A DNA stretch of 64,000 bases from Eledone cirrhosa. Lineage: Eukaryota. The notes beneath the pieces were generated by a model. The model ran no database searches and had not been told where the DNA came from. It saw only the letters and a list, made by a program, of their open reading frames with translations. A program made the translations under genes and the position numbers. The stretch is from positions 7,068,001 to 7,132,000 of the forward strand of contig OZ024758.1 in the NCBI GenBank assembly GCA_964016885.1, in the 5' to 3' direction. This document shows, piece by piece, positions 48,620-60,454 of the stretch; position 1 is the stretch's first letter; each line of letters opens with the position of its first letter.

Positions 48620-49330
48620 CAAAGTAACTGGTCCTTCACATGACTTATGCATGTTGTGTATATGAAGCAACGTTTTTTGGTTGTTGAGGAAGAGGACGAT
48701 AAACTCGACAAATACCAATAATTCTGCTTAGATACGAATGACATCAAGAAAAACCTACCTCAACCTTAGTTGGCCAGCCTGTCCAGACTACTGACGCCTA
48801 TCCGAGATAAAGAGAAACAACAGCCAGATGATGCGAAGAGATTACGCAACATATGCCTAATCTAACCTGGTCGAGTTTACACTCGCAAATAATAAAAAAC
48901 CAGTGCCGCCTCTAAGAGCATTGGATTTGGTATACTTCATGTTTGTTTCGGTTGCTGAATACAATCAGGGGTCGCTGCTTCTCCTGAAGGTCAATAGTTC
49001 TCTTCTAACTCGAGCGGGAGCACCTTTCCATTGTCAATTTGCATTGATCATCTGCAAAGCCACATTGTTCTCAGAACCACTACACCAGTCTTTGGTGCAG
49101 CTGGAACTACTGCCACCCATTGATTTGGCAGGATTTTTTTTCTTAGATGGTTGCTGATTCTTATGAGTTCTTTCACCCTTTGTCAGGTTTTGTTTTTTGT
49201 CCTGCAGGGTGTCCAAAATCACCCTCCTCACCAAGTAAACTTGGTGGGGTTGCCGGTTTAGTCGCCGACGACCCGATCATGCGACAGGTTGTACTGGGTT
49301 ACATGTTACCAGTAGCACTCAAGAGTGACC
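48620..49330 (-). mobile_element. GC-richer dispersed repeat with a highly structured 5' end (possible non-LTR retrotransposon 5' region)
   Basis: Partial second copy at 17905-18126; chain of hairpins at 49200-49330; no intact ORF. Confidence 0.55.
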
Positions 49331-52300
49331 TGACATAAAAACATATGTATCAAACGTAACTGGTATAAATCTATGTTTTGAAGCAGCTGGTCCTTATTGA
49401 CTAATTCATGTACTATATATATGCCAGTTTAACTAGTATGAAACTGTCAATCAGAAGATATATCATAATTCTTTCTAATATTGGCCCCAAACCAGCAATT
49501 CGCGGGAAGGAGATGAATAGATTGACCTCACTACTTAATTGATACATAATTTTATTTAAGTTCATCTCGGTGGGATTTGAACTCAGAATGTAGAGTCGTA
49601 ACTAAATGCCATAAACCAATTTGTCCGACGGTCCGACGAGTTTGCCAACCCATAGCCTTTAACCAGAAGATATAATATAGAGTCGACACAGCTAGTTAGG
49701 CAATTTATTCAGCACGAAATCATAGTTTTGTATAATAAAAAAAACAAAAAACAAAAAAGACATGCTATATTATGTAGGACACTTCTGGATATGTTTCCTA
49801 TAACAATCACAAACATGCAGATTATGGTGCAAATATTGTGGGATCTTCTTTAGAAAAAAGAAGAAATTGGAAACAAAAATATTTGGCCGGGACTGTGAAA
49901 ACTAATCAGAGAAAATATGAAGCTTGAGAATATTTCTGCCTCAGGAGACATAGATAAACGATATCGATCTTCCCACAATCAACATGAAAAGTGGTTTCTG
50001 GATAACAACTGTGGCATACCTAGGAACAGTTAATTTATAAAACCCAATGACGCTTTAAAAAAAACAATATAACTGGTGAAAGAGTAGAGTAGATGTAAGA
50101 TAAAAAAAGTTAATAAAGAGAATGAAGAAAGGTTGGTGTCGTAACTAAATTATGCAAGCAAATCCAGTGAGTTAATTCTTGCATGTATCAAGAACATCTT
50201 GAAGTTGCTACATTCTAGACGAGGCAAAATATTTGAAAAAGTCTGCTATGTTCTTGAATGAGGCAAAGTCTAACAAACCTACCAGAGATCATATTAGTGT
50301 GGAAATCTCGACTACAACACTAACCGTTTTAATACTAAACCCGTGAAAACTGTCTCTAGTTTTATGAAACAAAATCCCAAATTTTAAAGTGTTCCTATTT
50401 AAATTAAAATATTCCAACACTCTTTTATACAGGAACCATATTTTAAGTTACGATCTTAATAATGAAGTAATTAATAATTCTTGTAAATCCATTAAAATTC
50501 TTAATTAATAAATTGAAATAGAATATATTTTATTGGAATTACGGCCACAAAGGGTTTAAACAGTAAAATTACATTGAGCGCTGTTGAAGAAGAGAAAAAA
50601 AAATCTTGTCAGTTGAGTTGTTGATACCAGAAGGCAGTTTAGTTTTAACATCCACAAATGGAAAAATTTAACCAAAAATAAAACTAACTGAATTGAAAAT
50701 AAACAAATGACCTTTGGGTGTATGTCAATTCGATTCAAAAGTAACATTTGTTGAAAATAGAATTTGAAAAATATTTCCTACATACACTTGGTATAGGAAA
50801 CGGAAAAGACAGTAGCATGGATAGAACTTAAAATAACCATTTGGTGGATTGGCAGAATCGTTAAGTCACGAGACAAATGTCTTGCAGTATTTAGTTATAG
50901 ACCTTTACGTTCTGAGTTTAAATAGCATTGAAGTAAACTATACTGTGTTTCTTATCTTTCCGGTGTCGACAAATTAAAGTAGCAGGAAAATACAGGTTCT
51001 ATTTTACATTCGAGATGTGAGTGGAATTTTAATACAAGCAGACGACCATTGATGATTAAGTTTATTACTTATTACCATGTTACCAAGACATAGACACAGA
51101 AGACTTATAAAATAAATTGAAATTATAAAGGATTTAGCGATAATTGTGGTCTACAAAGCGTTAAGAATTAAACAATTGCAAATGAATACAAAGAACTGCT
51201 ATAGAAAATAAAGCGAAAACTAAATACTTAAGGGTTAAACATTTTCTTTAAAATGTATTGTAAGATAAGTTAGGGTTGTTCTGAGCTAGCAAACGTGAAG
51301 AGAAGGCTCCACATAACTTTGTCAAGGATGAACAAAAATGGCTGAAAATATATAAGATAAATTGAAAACTGTGAATGCCTTTTTGATTAAACTGAAAGAC
51401 ATTTAGAGTTATTGGTGTAAGGAGTTAGGGTGTACTTAGGAATATGAATATCAACGTATGAATAGAATCTCAATTCACATAGAAACTTTGAAAGCACAGA
51501 ATCGAAGTATACTGCTTTAAAAGTCGGGAAATTTGAAAGCACTATAAGTTAACTGTATATTTCAATACCTCCTACATTATCGCCATGGAAATATTGGGTG
51601 TATATTGAGATAATGAACTATTGTAATCTAAAATAAATGTGAGATAGGAATTAAACAGGCATGAGCCAAGCAGTACTTGAAACAGTACACTTTATAAATA
51701 AGTGCATCATAGCATCATAGATGTAATGGCGGTGCCCCAGCATGACCTCAGCCAGTCGGCTGGAACACGTAATAGAGTAATACATATAATATATTTGTAA
51801 TTATTTTAGTATTAATAATTGTTTCTACTTTAGGCACAAGGCCAGCAATTACCCAGTGCATTACTGGTACTTTATTTTATCGACCCCGTAAGGATGAAAG
51901 GCAAAGTCAACCTCGGCGGGATTTGAACTCAGATTGTAAAGGAACATAACTATGCTGGAAAGCATGGCGTCCGACCCTCTACTGATACTGCCAATCCACC
52001 GCCCTTGTAATGGAAGTATAATAATACAACAGAAAATATTTACTGTGATTACTTTAGGACGAAATACTTTGATAACAGTAACCAGATGATAACTTTATGC
52101 AGAAATTTAGATATATTTAGACCACTAATCCTAAATAGGGGATTACTTATGTTCAATTTAAATTATAAAAGCTTGAGGCCAACTGATTTTGGTAACAATA
52201 ACTATTTGATGACATTATCCCGAGGTTAACTTTGCCTTTCATCCTTACGGGGTCGATAAAATAAAGTACCAGTAATGTACTGGGTAATTGCTGGCCTTGT

Positions 52301-52375
52301 GCCAAAAGTAGAAACAATTATCCATATTTACAATAAATAATTACGTATATAAATATATATATATATACGTAATTG

Positions 52376-52450
<75 letters not shown>

Positions 52451-52520
52451 TTAAGTATTTCCGTAGAAAAGGTAAAGGAAAGAAGAGTGCTCTATGTATT
52501 GTACAGAGCTACTTAATGTA

Positions 52521-52575
<55 letters not shown>

Positions 52576-52782
52576 TTACGATATATATATATATATATAC
52601 ATATATAAACCAAAAATCTATCTCCACTCATAACATGGTAGATATCTATATGCGTTCGTGAATGAATAATAATAATAATAATAATATTATGACATCATGA
52701 TATTATTAATATTCAGCCACATAAACACCACGTGGTAGATGACCAACATCATCCTTTTGTTCCAGCGGTAGCTGAGAGAAAA

Positions 52783-52832
52783 CAATCGACAATTGGCAAT
52801 TGTTTCGGAGTGTTCGCTCTTTGTCAAGATTG
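52783..52832 (-). ncRNA. Type I hammerhead-like motif with U3-A8 core and GUC cleavage triplet
   Basis: CAAUC-UUGACAA-AGAG cgaaca CUCC-GAA-ACAAUU gcc AAUUGU-C-GAUUG: stems I and III perfectly paired. Confidence 0.6.
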
Positions 52833-52853
52833 TGTATTCTGCTCACTGCTACT

Positions 52854-53104
52854 CACTGGAACTGCCGAGAATACATAATGTTCTCAAATGTGTACATCGG
52901 CTGATTAGCCTCATTTGCATACCGAGCGATTTTAGAAAAACAAAAATGTTTTCGCTCTTAATATGGTGGATATCTAACAACGAAAACAAATTTTCGTTTT
53001 TTAATTTTGGGCAAAGCCGGCTGTAAAATCGCTCAGTATGCAAATGTGGCTTATCAGCCGATGTATACATTTGAAAATACTATGTATTCTCACCAGTTCC
53101 AGTG
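52854..53104. mobile_element. MITE with ~80-bp imperfect TIRs (CACTGGAACTG...CAGTTCCAGTG), superfamily unassigned
   Basis: 52854-52934 is the reverse complement of about 53024-53104. Confidence 0.8.
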
Positions 53105-53321
53105 GCTAGTTTTATGTGAGTATAAATTGAAATTAGTTTATACCACTCCGAGGAAGGTAACTTGTATCTTTATTACCCGCTCGAAGTTTGTTCATTAACG
53201 AAACCAAGTTGATATCATTTACAATACTTAGGCGAGTTCATTTCACGGTCTACCTGAAACAATTGTAAATAATTAAAACTGTTTTTCATGAAAGTAGATT
53301 GATTTTCTTTAACTACTTTTG

Positions 53322-53379
<58 letters not shown>

Positions 53380-53522
53380 GTGTGTTGTATTGAGGCAAAT
53401 AACTTTGTGTCTACTTTGGGTTTTTACATAACCTTACCTATTGAGTACGCTGAAATGCAATCGGCACTAGCGGTACCTTATAATAGTCCCGTCAACTTAT
53501 TATATATATATATATACATATA

Positions 53523-53586
<64 letters not shown>

Positions 53587-53600
53587 TATATATATATATA

Positions 53601-53638
<38 letters not shown>

Positions 53639-53752
53639 TATATATATATATATATAATTATATATATATATATATATATATAATTATATATATATATATA
53701 TATATAATTATATATATATATATATATAATTATATATACATATATATACATA

Positions 53753-53827
<75 letters not shown>

Positions 53828-53921
53828 ATATAACATAGAGAGGAAAAACACAGGAGAGTGTTTTCATTTATAGGCTTTATATAAATATATATATATACAC
53901 ACACACATATATATATAAATA

Positions 53922-54010
<89 letters not shown>

Positions 54011-54942
54011 TTAAAGCTGATACTTCAAATTTCGTGACGCTGAATTTCAGGTCTTGTAGAAATACATCAGAAGATTATAATAATATTCCGATACGCGAAA
54101 ACCAAAAAAGGAACAAGATACATTTGATTGAATAAATGTACAAAGATCAAGTCAAATAAATATATATAAATATATAATGGATATAAAATATATAAATATA
54201 TATAAATATATATAAATATATATTGGATATAAAATATATAAATATATATAAATATATATTGGATATAAAATATATAAATATATATAAATATATAATGGAT
54301 ATAAAATATATAAATATATATAAATATATAATGGATATAAAATATATAAATATATATAAATATATATAAATATATATTGGATATAAAATATATAAATATA
54401 TATAAATATATATTGGATATAAAATATATAAATATATATAAATATATAATGGATATAAAATATATAAATATATATAAGTATATAATGGATATAAAATATA
54501 TAAATATATATAAATATATATAAATATATAATGGATATAAAATATATAAATATATAATGGATATAAAATATATAAATATATATAAATATATAATGGATAT
54601 AAAATATATAAATATATATAAATATATAATGGATATGAAATATATAAATACATATAAATATATAATGGATATAAAATCTATAACATCGTAATTGAATCAG
54701 AGCAGCTGGTTATGTTATATCCATACAGAAAAGTATGTTTTTGTTCAAATACTCCAGTGATACTACATTATTAAAGAAGGCAGCGATTTGAGAAGCAAAA
54801 AGAAATAGAACGATGATATATATAATGAGTTACGAAATTTGTAACTTTAGCTTCAGTAAGTGTTCATGACAATCTACTTTCAGTATTAAGTACTCTCTTT
54901 TTTTTTTCCTTTTCGTTTACCACCGAAGTGATTATATTCAAG

Positions 54943-54975
<33 letters not shown>

Positions 54976-55243
54976 TATATATGTATATAGTAATAATAAT
55001 AATAATAAATGTGAAGACTTAAACTTTAATCTGTTATTTTAATATATATATATATTTTCCTGGGTCCTGTATTTTCGTTGCTCTAGTGATGCGGCTGAAC
55101 TGCCGACCGCTATATTTGATTTGCTAAGCTGTCTGAACGTAATGTTATACTCTGGGGTCTTTCCTCATCTGAGTGCTCAAGCTACAGACCGAATTTGCAT
55201 TCGTTAGCTTGGCCGTATTCTAAAGCTTCGTTAATGGTGTACT

Positions 55244-55443
<200 letters not shown>

Positions 55444-55542
55444 ATATATATATGTATATATATATATATATGTATATATATGTATATATATGTATATATA
55501 TGTATATATGTATATATATGTATATATGTATATATATGTATA

Positions 55543-55598
<56 letters not shown>

Positions 55599-56131
55599 AA
55601 CTTTTAATAATGGCTTCTTATATAGGCACAAGGCCAGCAATTTTGGGGAAGGGGTAAGTCGATTAAATCGACTCAAGTGTATTACTGGTACTTTATTTTA
55701 TCGACCCCGTAAAGATGAAAGGCAAAGTTAACCTCAGCGGGATTTGAACTCAGATTATAAAGGGCCGCAACTCTATGCTGCAAAGAATGGCGTCCGACCC
55801 TCCACCGATACTGCCAATCCACCGCCCGATCTTTTAATAATAATATATATACACTCACTTATAGACACACACACATATTCATAAGCGCATATACATACAT
55901 ATCTATAAACCAGTCACATCGGTCAACTTAAAGACGCAGACATACCGACAAACTTTCCAAAATAGTCCCACCAATGCTAACATCACCACTATTACTGTCT
56001 ACCACCACCACCACCACCACTACTGTTGTCCACCAGCACCACCTGAACCAGCACCATCACCAGCAGAAGGGCACGAAGGAGTCATGATCCAGATGCGGCC
56101 CGGCCCCCTTAGATTGTAAGAATTTTTTTTT

Positions 56132-56680
56132 CCTGAGAGTTTCTTCTCCGAAGACCTTCTGCTGTCCAGCTCTCCTGAGAGTTTCTTCTCTGAAGACCTT
56201 CTGCTGTCCAGCTCTCCTGAGAGTTTCTTCTCTGAAGACCTTCTGCTGTCCAGCTCTCCTCAGAGTTTCTTCTCTGAAGACCTTCTGCTGTCCAGCTCTC
56301 CTGAGAGTTTCTTCTCTGAAGACCTTCTGCTGTCCAGCTCTCCTGAGAGTTTCTTCTCTGAAGACCTTCTGCTGTCCAGCTCTTCTGAGAGTTTCTTCTC
56401 TGAAGACCTTCTGCTGTCCAGCTCTCCTGAGAGTTTCTTCTCTGAAGACCTTCTGCTGTTCAGCTCTCCTGAGAGTTTCTTCTCTGAAGACCTTCTGCTG
56501 TCCAGCTCTCCTCAGAGTTTCTTCTCTGAAGACCTTCTGCTGTTCAGCTCTCCTGAGAGTTTCTTCTCTGAAGACCTTCTGCTGTCCAGCTCTCCTCAGA
56601 GTTTCTTCTCTGAAGATCTTTTCTGCAGTCCAGCTCTCCTGAGAATTTCTTCTCTGAAGACCTTCTGCTGTCTAAATCTC
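56132..56680. repeat. 42-bp minisatellite, about 13 copies
   Basis: CCTGAGAGTTTCTTCTCTGAAGACCTTCTGCTGTCCAGCTCT. Confidence 0.95.
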
Positions 56681-57149
56681 CCGAGTTTCTTACCACTGGC
56701 CCATTATATCCGAGATCAAATTTCGTCAAAATCAGCTTTGCTTTTAATCCTCCCAGGGTCGATAAAATAAATAAAGAACCAATTAAATACCGTGGTCAAT
56801 ATAATCGAATTCACCCCCATCCCTCTTTTAGAATTCCTGGCCTCGTGATGCATATGTTAGAAATCATTATACACTCACAATGTAGGTTTGGTTTAATCTA
56901 AAGTGACAAGTCCAACTAAATCTGTGTTACTTTATCGATTATAGTTCTTTTTAATTTATTTGTCTGATTGAATTTATAAGATTGTGAGATCAATTTAGTT
57001 TTCATCATTTAATAGTCTGCTAGAGGGATTTTTAAAGTTAAACTTGAGGAAATTTATAGAAATATCTAAATAGTTAAAACTACATATAAGTTGTTTCTAA
57101 ATTAGGAATGAACAGCGAATAAATGGTGAGGTTTTAAGCTAGGAGAAAC

Positions 57150-57496
57150 TTGAATATATATAGTGTATATAATTTGATAGAAATGTGGTGTATATATATA
57201 TATAGTGTATATAATATGATAGAAATGTGGTGTATATATATAGTGTATATAATATGATAGAAATGTGGTGTATATATATAGTATATATAATATGATAGAA
57301 ATGTGGTGTATATATATAGTATATATAATATGATAGAAATGTGGTGTATATATATATATAAAGTATATATAATACATGATAGAAATGTGGTGTATATATA
57401 TATAGTATATATAATACATGATAGAAATGTGGTGTATATATATATATAGTGTATATAATACTTGATAGAAATGTGGTGTATATATATAGTATATAT
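57150..57496. repeat. ~40-bp minisatellite with variable (TA)n, abutting a SINE tail
   Basis: TGATAGAAATGTGGTG(TA)nGTATATATAATA units. Confidence 0.9.
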
Positions 57497-58004
57497 AATT
57501 GTTTCTACTTTTGGCACAAGGCCAGCAATTATCCCAGTACATTACTGGTACTTTATTTCATCGACCCCGTAAGGATGAAAGGCAAAGTTAACCTCGGCGG
57601 GATTTGAACTCAGACCCTCTACCGATACTGCCAATCCGCCAGCGTTCTTGCTTGACTAGAAATAATAGAAACATTAACGTACCATAACCAGCGATGTTTA
57701 ATCTTGAGAAATAGACTGTGGTGTTTCTCTTTCCAGGCCAATCTACTCTATTTTTGATACGTTAGCAGCGGGTTAAAGGTTAACATGGAGTACTGAAAAC
57801 GTAAAAGTAAGTTTAGAAAAACTGGGAGATTAGAATTGGTAAATAAGTTTATGAAAAATTAGTAGATACATTACAGTTTGACTAAAGAACTGTATTTGAC
57901 TAAAGAACTGTAAAATACCACAAGTAAATTAGTTGAACCTTCTGAATGATTTCACTTATTTCTCAGTTGATATTTGAATTAAAATATATAGGATGTATAT
58001 GGAT

Positions 58005-58285
58005 GTATATGGCCTAGTGGTAAAGGTGTTGGACTTGCGATCGTAAGTCATGGGTTCGATTCCTGGACTGGGTTGTGTTTTGTGTTCTTGAGCACTTCAT
58101 TTCACGTTGCTCCAGTATACTCAGCTGAAAATGAGTACCAGCAATAGATATGGGCTTAATCCTGCGATGGACTGGCGTCCTGTCCAGCGGGAAGTCTTGT
58201 ACTCTCAGTCTATTCACGCCATAGACACCGGGATAAGCATCGGCCCGATGTGCCTCCAGGCTCGAGACAGACTTTAGACTTTTAG
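58005..58285 (+). mobile_element. SINE family B (tRNA head, CORE-like, V-like, tail), full length
   Basis: TGGCCTAGTGG A box, GGTTCGATTCC B box, CCTGCGATGGACTGGCGTCCTGTCCAG. Confidence 0.8.
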
Positions 58286-59277
58286 TTGTATATAGTTTCT
58301 TTATTAATAATCTAACAGGCCTCAGTACATAGTTCTAGTAAATCAATTTATATCCCAGCATTTAATAGAACATGTTTCAGATTTACATCCCAGATATCTG
58401 AGATTTAAGGAATAAAGAAACTAGAGGAGTAAATTCTTTTGTTTTGCAAAACTAAGACTAAAACTTTCCCAAACTAATGCGTAAACACTCATTAGAGAAT
58501 TAATTAATAAAAATGCCGTATCTACTATTCAAACTATTGAAGTATTCAAGCTAAAGGAATATTTCTTTAGCTAATGGAATATTTCTTTAGCTTATACCTA
58601 TTAAAGATCAATATTGATAGAAGAATAGATATTGATTAGAATCGCTGCACAATTTGATTGAATATGGGCAGGTAGTTTTATTAACTTAAAAAGCAGTCCA
58701 TTAAATAACTAACCTGCCATCAGATAACTCAGCTTGTCCATTTCTTCTTTGGAATGTCTATTTCAAGTATTACTTCATCTTTCAAGCAACTTTCTAATTT
58801 GTCAGACTTCTCTTCGATCTAACATTTTATAGTTATTAAATGCAGCAACATTCAGTCCACTAGGAAAGTAAAGTTTATAAAGAATCGATATTTCATGACT
58901 TATGCTTTCATTTTCTGCTGTTGATATACAGCAATAATCAATATCCAAATAGTATTGATCGGCTTCGATTTCTTGTTCAGAAGGTGAGAAGCAGATATTT
59001 AAATTAAAGAGATGGACATTTTTATAGAAACTCTCAGGTGTTAACTTGAGTCTTCGCACTATGTTGATTGCAATGCAATCAAGGATACTACTAAGTTATC
59101 TTTCTTGTTAGTTTACCGAGTGTAGCATTCATTATTCTCCAAATAATGGTTTCTGATTTAGGCACAAGGCCAACAATTTTTGGGGAGGGGAAAGTTAATT
59201 AAATCGACCCTAGTGCGTTACTGGTAATTCACGATTGTGAATGCAACGCTCTAAGCACTAAGCCATGCGCCTTCACA

Positions 59278-59342
<65 letters not shown>

Positions 59343-59384
59343 AAACAAGGACGAGTGGTTACTCCTTCATTACGTTTATTCGTT

Positions 59385-59469
59385 GGTGGCGCGCGTTTCG
59401 CCACTGATCAGCTCAAGGTTCGATCTGTACTGATCTAGCCCGACTCTGTAATCCACGGCTCGTCAGACC
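59385..59469 (-). ncRNA. Type I hammerhead-like motif with extended stem II, one core substitution
   Basis: GGU-CUGACGA-GCCG[52 nt]UGGC-GAAA-CGCGCG-CC-ACC. Confidence 0.5.
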
Positions 59470-59586
59470 CCTTATAATGGTAATGGAAAAATAGACTTTG
59501 TCTAGCTCTACACCTCGACACAGAAGTGAACCTAAACATCGAGTGCTCACTCGGGTGAACCTACAGTAACTCCAGGTTACACTCTC

Positions 59587-59641
<55 letters not shown>

Positions 59642-59830
59642 TAGTTATTAACGCACTGTGGTGAGGTGTACTGTCTTTAATGCGTCGAAACATCAGTGAC
59701 CCACAGCAGACAGCTGAAGAGCGGTAATTGTCCTTATGTTTGTGTTTCTCTAACCTTTTCTAAATAATATTTATTAGTATCCACACAGCGCCTTTGTCAC
59801 GTTTAATCTATCTATCTATCTATCTATCAT

Positions 59831-59904
<74 letters not shown>

Positions 59905-59907
<3 letters not shown>

Positions 59908-60240
59908 AGAGAGGTGCTGTACCCCAGCAAGTTTTATGAAAGGTGGGTGAAAGTGGCGAGAATGGCCCGAGTGAATGGGCCTTCTCTCTATATCAGCCTG
60001 TAGGTTGAGGAAAAGGAGGAGGAGAGGAAAGGAGTACAAGCTCTTCGTACTCCTGGAGATGAGGGTTGCACATTTTTTTCGGGGGTCTGTGTTACCCATA
60101 TAAACTGTCTCCCTCTATTGGGGAAAATCGACTAACTTTTAAATTCCATCTGTGATAACATTTTACACGTTTTTATTGTATGTAAACTTCCCCCTTTGTA
60201 TTTGTCCCCTTCTTTTGTGCCCCTGTGGCTAATAAAGAAA
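59905..60240 (+). mobile_element. L1/Tx1-like LINE 3' end within a (CTAT)n microsatellite
   Basis: ORF tail FYERWVKVARMARVNG...*, 3' UTR ending CCCTGTGGCTAATAAAGAAA; similar end at about 14240-14340. Confidence 0.5.
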
Positions 60241-60286
60241 TATATCTATCTATTTCTCTCTCTCTATATATATATATATATATAAG

Positions 60287-60397
60287 AAAAGAGTCAGGAC
60301 CCCGACGGCTGAGCTCCGGCCGTTTCGACAGCTAGATCTAGTTCGGATCTAGCTGTCGAAACGGCCGGAGCTCAGCCGTCGGGGTCCTGACTCTTTT
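60287..60397. mobile_element. Perfect palindromic (fold-back) mini-element within (TA)n
   Basis: 52-bp arms exactly complementary around the 7-nt loop TAGTTCG; related sequence at 18664-18789. Confidence 0.85.
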
Positions 60398-60398
60398 G

Positions 60399-60454
<56 letters not shown>

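Noticed and set aside
48903-49338. Short ORFs and an acceptor-like ttttatgtcag on the minus strand as an exon of a second gene
   Set aside because: The sequence is repeated in a MEGF8 intron (17905-18126), frames are interrupted by stops, and no protein motif is recognisable.
58005-58075. tRNA-like sequences (A/B boxes) here and in other SINE heads
   Set aside because: No intact cloverleaf; they continue into SINE bodies.
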